A DNA stretch of 64,000 nucleotides from Actinomycetes bacterium (GCA_023419515.1 JAEZXW010000028.1:6411-70410), one strand, 5' to 3'; positions 26,077 to 35,682 are shown, counted from the stretch's first letter. Notes: generated by a model from the letters alone, not told the origin. A program made the numbers and translations.

Positions 26077-27636
26077 GTGAAAGAAGTGTTGTCTCCCATG
26101 GATCTAGCTCTTAAAAGATTTGCCCGATGCCTTGTTGACCCGCGGGTGTGCATCAGTGCTTATCTGACGTTTTTTATGCTCCACCAGATCCAGGTCGTGA
26201 ACTGGTTTCTCGGTGGGGTGCAGACGGTGTTGGTGGCATGGTCTGCCGTTGTGCTTGTTTTTCTGTTCATCAAGCAGCGCGAGTATTTTTACTGCAAGCC
26301 GCTTTGGTGGTTTGTGCCTGTCATTGGCGCGGCGCTCATCTCGCTCGTTGCCAACTATCAGGTCGAGCTCGTCTCGCAGGTAAAGACCTTCATTCTGCTT
26401 GTTTTGGCAGGGCTGTTGTTTCTGCCGATGGGCAGGCAGATTGCTGAGTCATCCAACCGTATGCGCGATGCCTTTGTCGTGTTTTTTGCGAGCATGTTCA
26501 TCATCTTTGTACAGGGGATTTTGTCGATTGTCATGCTGGTGCTGCGCTTTGCCTTTCGCGCGACGATCGATGGGCGCTTTGTCGAGATCGGCATGCTCGC
26601 TTTCAATTACACGCAAGGGCACGTAAACACTTACATCCTCTTTGGCATGAACGTCAATTCAAACCATGCAGTTGTGTACGGGTTTATTGGCCTCATGCTT
26701 TCGTACTGGTTCTATCGTCACCGCTCGGCGATTTTTGGCAGTGCTCGCGCTTGCAGAGCCTTTGAGCTCTACTTTTGGATTAACCTGGTACTGCAGCTCA
26801 TTTACGTCGTGCTCGCAAATTCGCGAGGCGCTCATTATTCAATCGCGCTGGCGCTCGTCGTGTTCATGCCGCTTGCGACGTTGATGCTGACTCGATCACG
26901 GCGGATCGCTCTGCGCCTTGGGCTTGCGGTGGGGATGACCCTCGTTTCGCTCATGCTCTTTGCGGGACTCGTTGCCTCAGTCGAAAAAGCGACACAGGTC
27001 TACATGGGTATGATGCCTGGTTTGGTCTATGACGAAACGATTCGGCCGAGTGGCAATTTGGGCGAGGATAGTGAGGGTACGCAGGCTGCGCAGGTGGATT
27101 ATACCAAGGGATCGCTTTTGCACACTCAGCGTCTATATTTGTGGAAAGAAGCGATTGAGCTTTGGCAGCACCATCCCATCACCGGTATTGGTGCTTATAC
27201 CTCGGCACATTACGCCAAGACTGACGTTGTTTTTGCCGATACCCACTACCTCGAGAAGGGCAAGGCAATTCACAACGCCTATCTCGACGTGCTGGTTTAC
27301 TACGGAATCATTGGATTTATTGCCTACGTTGGTTACTTTGGCTACTGCTTTACGAGGCTGGTTAAGCGCATTCGCAGGCGTGAGACTGACATTGATGACC
27401 TGTTGCTTGGCTTTATGTTGCTTGTGGTACTGGGTACGCAGTTTTTCTTGACCGATGCTTTTATTGGTTTGGACTACACAGCGGCTATCATCTTCATGGT
27501 GATGACTTACCTTGCTTGCCGCTCGAATGTGAGTCCGCAGCTTGAACCTCGCTTGGTGTGGACGTCCTGCTATGAAGCGGTTGATCGTGAGGATTGCCCA
27601 GCTCGTGAGGATGACCTAGCGCAGGTGAACGCCTGA
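26077..27636 (+). CDS. O-antigen polymerase/ligase-family (Wzy_C-type) membrane protein
   Basis: More than 10 TM helices, plus a periplasmic loop with ..SRGAHYSIALA.. and YLWKEAIELWQHHPITGIG..HNAYLDVLVYYGIIGF. Confidence 0.65.
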   Translation: MKEVLSPMDLALKRFARCLVDPRVCISAYLTFFMLHQIQVVNWFLGGVQTVLVAWSAVVLVFLFIKQREYFYCKPLWWFVPVIGAALISLVANYQVELVSQVKTFILLVLAGLLFLPMGRQIAESSNRMRDAFVVFFASMFIIFVQGILSIVMLVLRFAFRATIDGRFVEIGMLAFNYTQGHVNTYILFGMNVNSNHAVVYGFIGLMLSYWFYRHRSAIFGSARACRAFELYFWINLVLQLIYVVLANSRGAHYSIALALVVFMPLATLMLTRSRRIALRLGLAVGMTLVSLMLFAGLVASVEKATQVYMGMMPGLVYDETIRPSGNLGEDSEGTQAAQVDYTKGSLLHTQRLYLWKEAIELWQHHPITGIGAYTSAHYAKTDVVFADTHYLEKGKAIHNAYLDVLVYYGIIGFIAYVGYFGYCFTRLVKRIRRRETDIDDLLLGFMLLVVLGTQFFLTDAFIGLDYTAAIIFMVMTYLACRSNVSPQLEPRLVWTSCYEAVDREDCPAREDDLAQVNA

Positions 27637-28706
27637 TGAGGTCAATATTGCCGCCGTTTATGACTGTGGTGATTGCGTACTTTAATGCGAGTAAGCACCT
27701 CGATTCGATCGAAGCAGTGCTCACGGCACAGCGCGAGTCATTGTGCAAGGCAGTCGCCCAATGTACTTCTCATTCTGGCGATGCTGAGTTTACCTCCGAT
27801 ATCGAAGTTATCATCGTTGATGACTGTTCGTCTGATGCCGAGAAGGTCGCACTTTTATCGCGCGCTGAGAGCCACGACTGGCAGGTCGTCGAGCTTGCAC
27901 AAAACGGTGGGCCTGGTGTTGCTCGCAATAAAGGTATAAGCAAGGCGACTGGTAAGTACCTGCTTTTTATGGATGCCGATGATGCACTGGCTCCCCATGC
28001 CTGCGGCGCTCTGTATCGTGAGTATCTTCAAGCGCAGGCAGCCTTGGCTGGTGAGCCGGCCGATGTGATCTGCTTTGACTACACCATGATCTCACCCCAT
28101 GTGACCTTGCCATATTCAACTATTCCTCAGGCACAAGCTGGCGTGGTTGATGCTCGCCAGGCGCTGGCGACAGTTCGTGGCTCGACTTTTGGTAAATGCT
28201 ATCTCAGGAGTCTGATCACCAGGCATAACCTGCAGTTTGGCACCTTGCGTCGTCACGAGGATACGGCGTTTACCAAGTCGGCAGTCTGTTGGGCAGAGCG
28301 GATCTGGTACACCAAGGAGTCGCTCTATGAATATCGGATGACGCCTGGATCGCTCACGCATGACACGCAGCTTGAGTCGTTTGAAACCTCATTCGATGCG
28401 CTGAGGATCATCAAGGCGTCGACCCAGGGCAGGCATCAGCTTGAGGTGCAATACGTTTATATCGTTGAGGTCATCATGTCGTGCGCGATGAAGTTTTACC
28501 TGCTCGATATTAGTGCGGATGAGGCTCGTGAGTTTTATGATCGGATTGATCGCGAGGAGCCAGGCTGGTGGTACAACCCTTACTTAGGTCAGGCATCTGC
28601 TCGCTATCGTTTGATCGCATGGCTGGTGCGTAAGCGTCAAACGAGGCTGATTAAGGCGATGATGTGGTGCGATAAACTCGCCCGAGCGGCGCTGCGCATC
28701 ACGTAG
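27636..28706 (+). CDS. Family 2 glycosyltransferase
   Basis: TVVIAYFNASKHL..VIIVDDCSSD..GPGVARNKGISKATGKYLLFMDADD. The ATG overlaps the stop of the preceding gene (TGATG). Confidence 0.75.
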   Translation: MRSILPPFMTVVIAYFNASKHLDSIEAVLTAQRESLCKAVAQCTSHSGDAEFTSDIEVIIVDDCSSDAEKVALLSRAESHDWQVVELAQNGGPGVARNKGISKATGKYLLFMDADDALAPHACGALYREYLQAQAALAGEPADVICFDYTMISPHVTLPYSTIPQAQAGVVDARQALATVRGSTFGKCYLRSLITRHNLQFGTLRRHEDTAFTKSAVCWAERIWYTKESLYEYRMTPGSLTHDTQLESFETSFDALRIIKASTQGRHQLEVQYVYIVEVIMSCAMKFYLLDISADEAREFYDRIDREEPGWWYNPYLGQASARYRLIAWLVRKRQTRLIKAMMWCDKLARAALRIT

Positions 28707-28786
28707 TTGCGACGCATGACCACGCCCATTGGCAGGCATAAGCAGACCAATCAAGTGACAAAGTTCATCAAGGCTATTGGATAACC

Positions 28787-29704
28787 ATGAGAAGACTGAT
28801 TACACAAAACCCTGAGTGTCGCGTTACCGATCGCAAGCTCACCCGCATGCGCGAACTGCAGCTTTTGATCACCGATCACGTTATTGCATTTTGCAAGGCG
28901 CACGATATTGAGGTGGTGCTTGATTGGGGGTCGCTGCTCGGCGCGGTGAGGCATCAGGGCTACATTCCGTGGGATGACGATATCGACCTCAGCATGACGC
29001 GCGAGAATTACAATAAGTTCATCGAGCTTTATTCGCAGGCAGATACCAGTCCTTTTGAGATTCGCTGCCCGGAGGTGTATGCAGGCTGCCCGCAGATTTT
29101 TATCAAGGTGGGGCTTAAAGACACCCTGTTTGTGCTCTTGGATTCAACGTCACCCGAAACATGTGCACAGGTGGCTATCGATATTTTTGTGCTGGATGAG
29201 GCGCCTCGCGATCAAAAGGTTTGCAAGAAAGACCTCGTTAGCATCGCGCTCAATCGTCAGCTATTCATCTCGTCGCAGATGTGGCGAGCAGGCAATTTAC
29301 AGAGTAGAGCCAAGGCGGCGATCTTTACTCTCGTTCGCATCGTGCTGCATATCGGCACAAGCTTTGTTCCGCGCATGAAGTTTTATGAAGCGATACTTAA
29401 GCGAGTCGAGCACCTGCGAGAGCTTGCACAGGAGCGCCCCGTATCTGAACGCACCTTTATTGGGGTGGAAGATCCGATCATCAACTTTAGGCTTGATCCG
29501 GCGTGGCTCGGTGATAGAGAGACATTTTCGACGGTTGAGTTTGAGGGTCGTCAGTATCCCGCCCCACGTGATGTGCATCAGTGGTTGACTGCTCAGTACG
29601 GCGATTACATGACGCCACCTCCACCTGAGAAGCGCTATGGTCACAAGCCCGAGGGCGTGGTGTTGGGCCCGTGGGAAGATGAGGATCCCAAGAGTTGTTG
29701 GTAG
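28787..29704 (+). CDS. licD: LicD-family phosphotransferase
   Basis: LTRMRELQLLITDHVIAFCKAHDIEVVLDWGSLLGAVRHQGYIPWDDDIDLSM is the canonical LicD core. Confidence 0.85.
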   Translation: MRRLITQNPECRVTDRKLTRMRELQLLITDHVIAFCKAHDIEVVLDWGSLLGAVRHQGYIPWDDDIDLSMTRENYNKFIELYSQADTSPFEIRCPEVYAGCPQIFIKVGLKDTLFVLLDSTSPETCAQVAIDIFVLDEAPRDQKVCKKDLVSIALNRQLFISSQMWRAGNLQSRAKAAIFTLVRIVLHIGTSFVPRMKFYEAILKRVEHLRELAQERPVSERTFIGVEDPIINFRLDPAWLGDRETFSTVEFEGRQYPAPRDVHQWLTAQYGDYMTPPPPEKRYGHKPEGVVLGPWEDEDPKSCW

Positions 29705-29857
29705 GGTGGTTTGTAGTTGTGGAGTGGCTGCCGCGAAGCGATCATACGGCGTGACTCACGGTCGCGTGTCAGGATGCGCCGATGTCGTGCTGGCAAACCC
29801 CTAGCTTTGCCGTCGTCAGGTAATTATTCACCGTGCTTCACAGTCACGCGTCCGAAC

Positions 29858-30775
29858 TTATCGCGAGCCGATAGCGTCTTTGCCCGTCTGAGCCTTAGAA
29901 ATGGCTCGCAGATGTGGAAACTCTTGATAGTATGGGACATCTGGATTGAATTTAGTGAGTACGTGATGCGGAACTTGCTGCTCTTGAGGTGGCAGTTTGA
30001 GGTAGTCACCAAACGCCATGGAAAGATAGTGGTGATAGCCTTCCATCACGTCGATTAGCATACCCTCAAACGGCAGTTGAATCGTCCTCTTAAACCACTC
30101 GGCATTAAACTCGTTTTGCATGTAGTGAGGGCCTGAGCAGAGCTCAGTGATGTAGTCACTTTCATCAAACGGATATTGCGTCATTTTACGCTCAAACCAG
30201 CGCGCCAGTTTTAACCGCACTTTGTTTGATGGTACGCAGGCGAGCAGCGCGCGCGAGCCAAATTCTACGACTTTGCCGTGATTCACAGGAATGAGCTGCG
30301 AATAAAAGAGCGAAAAGAGTAAAGCCCAGAGTTTTTGGAGCTTGCGAGCAAACGTCCCTGGTTTCGCTGAGCCATCGAGGGCGAGGATGTCGAGGGTGAT
30401 GCACTGCGGCATAACTCGGTGCTGCTGGTAGGGAAGGACAAGCGTCGTCTCTTCATCTCCGAGCTTGAGCATGAGGTCTCCGGTGAGCATATCGTCGTGG
30501 GTGAGGATGAGATTATAGCGGGGATGGCCGTCCTCTCTCCAGATTTGTTGGAGGCGTTCGTAATCAGGGCGCGGCATAAAAACATCGATATCGTCATCCC
30601 ACGGGATAAAGCCCTGATGACGCACGGCTCCAATGCATGAGCCTCCACACGCCCAAAATCGCAGGTTGTGTTTATGACAGTAGTCAGCAAATACGCGATA
30701 GATCTCGAGTGAACACTGCTGCAGCGCCTTGAGTTCGCGGGGAGAAAGCTGGTGGGTAAGAGCGGATGTATTCAT
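29858..30775 (-). CDS. licD: LicD-family phosphotransferase
   Basis: LSPRELKALQQCSLEIYRVFADYCHKHNLRFWACGGSCIGAVRHQGFIPWDDDIDVFMP. I preferred the start at ATG 30775 (AAGG upstream); the ORF is open to 30814. Confidence 0.85.
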   Translation of the reverse strand: MNTSALTHQLSPRELKALQQCSLEIYRVFADYCHKHNLRFWACGGSCIGAVRHQGFIPWDDDIDVFMPRPDYERLQQIWREDGHPRYNLILTHDDMLTGDLMLKLGDEETTLVLPYQQHRVMPQCITLDILALDGSAKPGTFARKLQKLWALLFSLFYSQLIPVNHGKVVEFGSRALLACVPSNKVRLKLARWFERKMTQYPFDESDYITELCSGPHYMQNEFNAEWFKRTIQLPFEGMLIDVMEGYHHYLSMAFGDYLKLPPQEQQVPHHVLTKFNPDVPYYQEFPHLRAISKAQTGKDAIGSR

Positions 30776-31107
30776 CGGTTGCCTTATCGTGGTCTGAGGC
30801 GCAAAGACGCTCATTGATGTGTTGGTCGTTCATGAAAAATTTCTTCTTATGATAAATCATGTCGAGATTGAGCAGCATGTGTGAGCAGCATACATGCATA
30901 TAAAATGCTTGGTTTTTGAGGTGGTTGCCTGAGAGGTGCGGGGTGGAGTGCTAAGCTTTCGAGAACACAAGGAGTTTGGGTTTGTATGCATTTGAGTTTG
31001 CAGGTGCTTTAGTCCGTTGATGCTTTGTGTGGTGGTGATCGTGTTTTTCGCGCGCCGTATTGATATGGCGTGTTGGAGGTAATGAGGCTGTGGCCAATTG
31101 TTGCGCA

Positions 31108-32778
31108 ATGTCAGAGCGCTTGAATTTCACCCATCGGTTTCTTGCAAAAGTCTTGGCAGTGATGCCCGGGGTGTTTGTCGGTATCCTTGGTGTCTACGAG
31201 GTCATGGTCGTGCGCAGTATAGTGCAGCCCGTGTTGTTTGGCGCGATTGGCTTTGCGGCGGTGTTGACGGTAGTGCTCATCATGTTGAACAAGCGGCGGT
31301 GTGGCGTGTGGCTTTTGGATGAGGGATGTAAGGAGCCAAGCCGGGCTCATAATCATCATGGTGTGCAAGGTGATTCTGGCGCGCTGATCCGCCCTCGGTT
31401 TCAGGATCGCTTTCTCAAGCCAACTGTGCTTGGTTGGATGCTCGTTGCTTTTTGTGCAACGCAGTTTTTGTCGATCTGCATCAACTGGGCATTTGGTTTC
31501 TGGCAAAACACCATCGATATGTTGGCACTTTTTGTTCTCACTGGTGTCGGACTAGTGAGCGCATTTCACAGCGATACCAGGCGACTGATGATCTGGTCGC
31601 TCGTGGTTTTTGTTGAGCTCATTGCGCTTTTTTGGACGCTCGTTTCGGTGTGGTGTCTCGTTACGGGATCATCGGTTTTGGTCTTTGACATAGCGGGCGA
31701 TGTTGGTCTGCGTATGGGATATTTTCAGCACCGATTTTGGGGTGTTGTCAATCCCAATATTCAGGCGGCGGTTGCATTTACTGCGATTGCGTTTTTGCCT
31801 GTGATTGCAAGGCTAGTTCGTGAGAGGCGACCTCAGGCAAATCGAGCGCCGATCGCGGTGCTCTTGGGGTGCTTAGGGTTGTTGCAGCTTGCGACCATTG
31901 TTGTGCTGCAGTCACGAGGGCTTTTGCTTAGTTTGACGGTGACGTTGTTTATTGCCGCCTGGTGTTTGACACCGCGTCATGCGTGGCAGCGAACAGGTAC
32001 GGCAGTTGTTGCGACCGCTCTTGGCGTTGGTTTGATCAGTGCCGGGTCGTGGTGCTTTGCGACGTTTCATCCGCTGACAGATCGCCCGTTTGAGGTGTTT
32101 GTTCAAAAGTCACTCGTGAGTTACGAGCGAATCGTTGCCGAGACAAACGAGGCAAACTGGGCGCTTTCGATTGCAGACATCTCGTCTCAGCAAGAGATAG
32201 CCAGCGAACTAGCAACCGATTCAGCCGCCGAGTCTACAGCCGGCTCAGCCGCCGAATCGCAGCAATCCAAGGCCACCCAAGCGCAGGTAGAAAGTGACGG
32301 CAAGGTTGATGCTCGCCTCTATCATACGACCAGCTCAGGTAGGATTGCGCTCTGGAAAAACGGACTTGCCATGATTGCTAAGCAGCCTTGGTTTGGCTAC
32401 GGCATGCGCGGCGCATTTGACCATTTTGACCAGTTCTTTACGCCATATTGGATCGCCAACTCTGTCATCGGTGGCAACCTGCACAACATGGCGCTGACCG
32501 TTGCGCTTAACTCGGGCGTGGTGGGGCTGATGAGCGCTGTGGTCTTGCTCGTCATGATCTTGGTGTACTGCGGGCGCGGTTTGCGTCTCGTGGCAAAAGA
32601 GGGCGTGGGGAGACATATCATGGTGGCAGTATTTGCCCTTGTGGTGATCGCACTGGTGATGCTTCAGGCGGTTGAGAGCATGATTTTCTATCGCTTTATG
32701 ATTGTGGCGCCAATCTTTTGGACGAGCGTGTTTGCACTGGTAGGATCCTTGGTAGCTCCTCGCAGCGATCAGTCCTAG
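31108..32778 (+). CDS. Second O-antigen polymerase/ligase-family (Wzy_C-type) membrane protein
   Basis: Polytopic. LQSRGLLLSLTVTLFIAAW, GRIALWKNGLAMIAKQPWFGYGMRG..NLHNMALTVALNSGVVGL. The start is uncertain (GTG 31090 or ATG 31108; ORF open from 31060). Confidence 0.65.
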   Translation: MSERLNFTHRFLAKVLAVMPGVFVGILGVYEVMVVRSIVQPVLFGAIGFAAVLTVVLIMLNKRRCGVWLLDEGCKEPSRAHNHHGVQGDSGALIRPRFQDRFLKPTVLGWMLVAFCATQFLSICINWAFGFWQNTIDMLALFVLTGVGLVSAFHSDTRRLMIWSLVVFVELIALFWTLVSVWCLVTGSSVLVFDIAGDVGLRMGYFQHRFWGVVNPNIQAAVAFTAIAFLPVIARLVRERRPQANRAPIAVLLGCLGLLQLATIVVLQSRGLLLSLTVTLFIAAWCLTPRHAWQRTGTAVVATALGVGLISAGSWCFATFHPLTDRPFEVFVQKSLVSYERIVAETNEANWALSIADISSQQEIASELATDSAAESTAGSAAESQQSKATQAQVESDGKVDARLYHTTSSGRIALWKNGLAMIAKQPWFGYGMRGAFDHFDQFFTPYWIANSVIGGNLHNMALTVALNSGVVGLMSAVVLLVMILVYCGRGLRLVAKEGVGRHIMVAVFALVVIALVMLQAVESMIFYRFMIVAPIFWTSVFALVGSLVAPRSDQS

Positions 32779-32855
32779 TGCAAGCTTTCTATCGCGCAAC
32801 AACTCCTGTTAAGCCCTCGAATGCAAAGGCGAGCCAGCTAGCTTATTTCATCGCC

Positions 32856-33989
32856 CTAATCGAGCGTTACTGCAATGCCTTGAGGAACTGCTAACACAAC
32901 CGCATCGCTCATGATCTTGGCGTGCAACTTGCTGATGTTAAGTAGGGTGCCATCACTATTAGCAGGAATTTTTGAGCCACTGCTCGTTTCAATGGAGACT
33001 TCAGTGACCCCTGATGCCGTGCTGACCTTTGGGTCAGCCAGGTGGGTGCCGAGCTTATATTGCTGCGCGAGCTTAATAAATGCGCGACGTGAGAGCGGGG
33101 TGCACCACATAAGATCAAGACCACCATCCGAGATGCTTGCACTCGGGAATGGAGCATATCCGTCACCATAAAAGCCGCTGTTACAAATCGTAAACAAAAG
33201 CATGTTGAGGTCGCGATAGTCAGTTTGCTCACCGGTTTTATCGGTAAAACGTACGTTGATCGTCGTGGGTGCCAGCATCGAAATTCCCCAGAGGGTTGCA
33301 GCGTTATAGCAGGCAGAGACCCCGAGCGGTGTCTTTTGCATGAGGGTGTAGGCGCGTTTTAAGACTTGCGAGTCAAAGCCAAAACCCATGATGTTGAGTG
33401 AGATTGCCTGCGAGAGCTGCTCGTCATCACAGGTGAATTTAATGAGATCAAGCTGATGAAAACGTACATCGAGTGTGCCTTGGATGATGCGTTCGATGAC
33501 GCGAGACTTGAGGACTGCATCAGGTGTGTGTGCTGCTTTTTGGTAGAGCTGACGGGCAAAATCATTGGCAGAACCTACAGGTACAACGCCAAGAGCAGGG
33601 CAGAAATCAGCTGGTCTTTCATCCGCACGATGTAAGGCAAGAGCGGTTGCGACCTCGCCAAGAGTCCCGTCTCCGCCGAGCACCCAGACGATCGGCGTCT
33701 GACCTTTAGCTCTATGGCTGTTCGTGTTTCTGCTATCGGCAAGCTTTGCTGTCGCTCGGCTCTCATCTCCTTTGTGTGCAAGTGCCGCTAAGCTCTCATC
33801 AATAATCGCTGCGGCAAACGCCTTGGCATCCTGAGCATTTTGAGTGAGATGGATTGCGATTTCATCGCTACGTCCTGCGTCGTGCCAAACGCGCTTGATC
33901 GTCTGCACGTAGGCGAGAGGCTGACCGCTGCCAGCTTTTGAACTGACGATAAAGTGAATAGAAGGGCTGGTGAGAGCAGGTTTTTTCAT
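32856..33989 (-). CDS. DAGK_cat-family lipid kinase (YegS/BmrU-like)
   Basis: VWVLGGDGTLGEVATAL (GGDGT motif) and VPVGSANDFAR. Confidence 0.8.
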   Translation of the reverse strand: MKKPALTSPSIHFIVSSKAGSGQPLAYVQTIKRVWHDAGRSDEIAIHLTQNAQDAKAFAAAIIDESLAALAHKGDESRATAKLADSRNTNSHRAKGQTPIVWVLGGDGTLGEVATALALHRADERPADFCPALGVVPVGSANDFARQLYQKAAHTPDAVLKSRVIERIIQGTLDVRFHQLDLIKFTCDDEQLSQAISLNIMGFGFDSQVLKRAYTLMQKTPLGVSACYNAATLWGISMLAPTTINVRFTDKTGEQTDYRDLNMLLFTICNSGFYGDGYAPFPSASISDGGLDLMWCTPLSRRAFIKLAQQYKLGTHLADPKVSTASGVTEVSIETSSGSKIPANSDGTLLNISKLHAKIMSDAVVLAVPQGIAVTLD

Positions 33990-34020
33990 TGGTATTTCTC
34001 ACCTTCAACTCGGCTAAGAA

Positions 34021-34284
34021 TCAATCCTCATCATCGTCGGCATCATCAAAGAGGCCTTGATCGGTGTCCTCATCATCCTCATCGTCGTCATCAAACAGGC
34101 CACCAAAAAGCCCCTCGTCCTCACCTTCGGTGAGCTGGCCATTTTCGTCGAGTGAGTGGTCAACATAGAGGTTGTGTGTTTTGCGCTCAGCAATCAGCGC
34201 GATGATGGCAAAGAGCGCCATGCCACCCAAAACAAGCGTGTACATGCCGTATTGAGTTTCAAATAGCCAAGTATAAATTTGCAT
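34021..34284 (-). CDS. Small single-TM protein with a poly-acidic C-terminal tail
   Basis: TM helix YTLVLGGMALFAIIALIA, then GEDEGLFGGLFDDDDEDDEDTDQGLFDDADDDED. It lies 31 nt upstream of the lipid kinase gene on the same strand. No homology was recognised. Confidence 0.5.
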   Translation of the reverse strand: MQIYTWLFETQYGMYTLVLGGMALFAIIALIAERKTHNLYVDHSLDENGQLTEGEDEGLFGGLFDDDDEDDEDTDQGLFDDADDDED

Positions 34285-34404
34285 CGAGGCTCCTTTTTCC
34301 GTGGCTTGAGTTTAGTGTGCAGGCCTGAGGCTGTCTATACTCGAACTCATGCATAGGATATAATCCCACGTCAACGATGTAATTCTGTTTATTAAGGGGT
34401 AGGT

Positions 34405-35682
34405 ATGCTCGACATCAAGATGGTTCGTGAACATCCCGAGGTACTTGACAAGGCGCAAGCCAATCGTCAGAGCAGTTGGGATAAGGAGCGCTTTCTTTCG
34501 CTTGACGAAAAGCGCCGATCAACCATCGAGCGTCTCGAAAAACTGCAGGCGTTGCGTAACAGTGCATCCAAAGAGATTGGTGCGCTGATGAGCCAGGGCG
34601 AGCATGAAAAAGCCGAGGCAGCCAAGGCAGAAGTGACTCGCAGCAAGCAAGAGATTGAGAAACTTTCTGTGCTTCGTGCCGAGCTTGAAGATGAGCTTGA
34701 GCGCATGATGAGTGAGATCCCCAATATCCCTTCGCCCAATACGCCTGTTGGTGCGAGCGAGGATGAAAACGTCGAGGTATATCGCCACGGTACGCCGCGA
34801 ACCTTTGACTTTGAGCACAAAGCTCACTGGGATCTGGGCGTTGACCTTAACATTATTGACTTTGAGCGAGCAGTCAAGCTAGCGGGTTCTCGATTTGTGC
34901 TGCTCGGAGGCCTTGGTGCCCGTCTTGAGCGCGCACTCATCAACTTTATGATCGACACCCACCTTGAGAATGGTTTCAAGGAGTGGTGGACGCCGGTTAT
35001 TGCCAATGGTCAGACCTTGTACAGCACTGGTCAGCTGCCCAAGTTTGAGGAGGATCTTTTCCACGTTGATCGCGGGCTCTACCTGATCCCGACGGCTGAG
35101 GTGACGCTCACGAATATCCACCGTGATGAGACCCTCGAAGCTGCTGAGCTGCCGCTTCGTTACACCGCATTCACTCCTTGCTTTAGGGAAGAGGCGGGTT
35201 CTGCTGGTCGAGACACCCGTGGCCTTATCCGCTTGCATCAGTTTGATAAGGTTGAGATGGTTAAGTTTGCGACCCCTGAGACCTCGGATGATGAGCTTGA
35301 GAGCATGGTCAAGAGTGCGGGCTCGATCATGGAGAAGCTTGAGTTGCCCTATCGTGTGTTAGCGCTTTGTACGGGTGACCTTGGTTTTTCTGCACGTCAA
35401 ACCTTTGACCTTGAGGTGTGGCTACCGAGCTATAACGCCTACAAGGAGATCTCGTCGTGCTCGAGCTGTGGTGATTTCCAAGCGCGTCGCGCACATATTA
35501 AATACCGCGATCCGGATAACTTCAAGGGTAGCCGCTTTGCTCATACGCTCAATGGTTCTGGCTTGGCGGTTGGTCGTACGATGGCCGCCATCTTGGAAAA
35601 CCACCAGAATGCCGATGGATCGGTTACAATTCCTGAGGCTTTGCGCCCTTATATGGGTGGTATCGATGTCATCAAACCATAA
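34405..35682 (+). CDS. serS: Seryl-tRNA synthetase
   Basis: MLDIKMVREHPE.., class II motifs (..FREEAGSAGRDTRGLIRLHQFDKVE.., ..TLNGSGLAVGRTMAAILEN..). Confidence 0.95.
   Translation: MLDIKMVREHPEVLDKAQANRQSSWDKERFLSLDEKRRSTIERLEKLQALRNSASKEIGALMSQGEHEKAEAAKAEVTRSKQEIEKLSVLRAELEDELERMMSEIPNIPSPNTPVGASEDENVEVYRHGTPRTFDFEHKAHWDLGVDLNIIDFERAVKLAGSRFVLLGGLGARLERALINFMIDTHLENGFKEWWTPVIANGQTLYSTGQLPKFEEDLFHVDRGLYLIPTAEVTLTNIHRDETLEAAELPLRYTAFTPCFREEAGSAGRDTRGLIRLHQFDKVEMVKFATPETSDDELESMVKSAGSIMEKLELPYRVLALCTGDLGFSARQTFDLEVWLPSYNAYKEISSCSSCGDFQARRAHIKYRDPDNFKGSRFAHTLNGSGLAVGRTMAAILENHQNADGSVTIPEALRPYMGGIDVIKP

Noticed and set aside
34285-34404. A possible T-box leader upstream of serS.
   Set aside because: The intergenic region is only 120 nt and lacks the T-box sequence (AGGGTGGNACCGCG-like) and a terminator/antiterminator pair.
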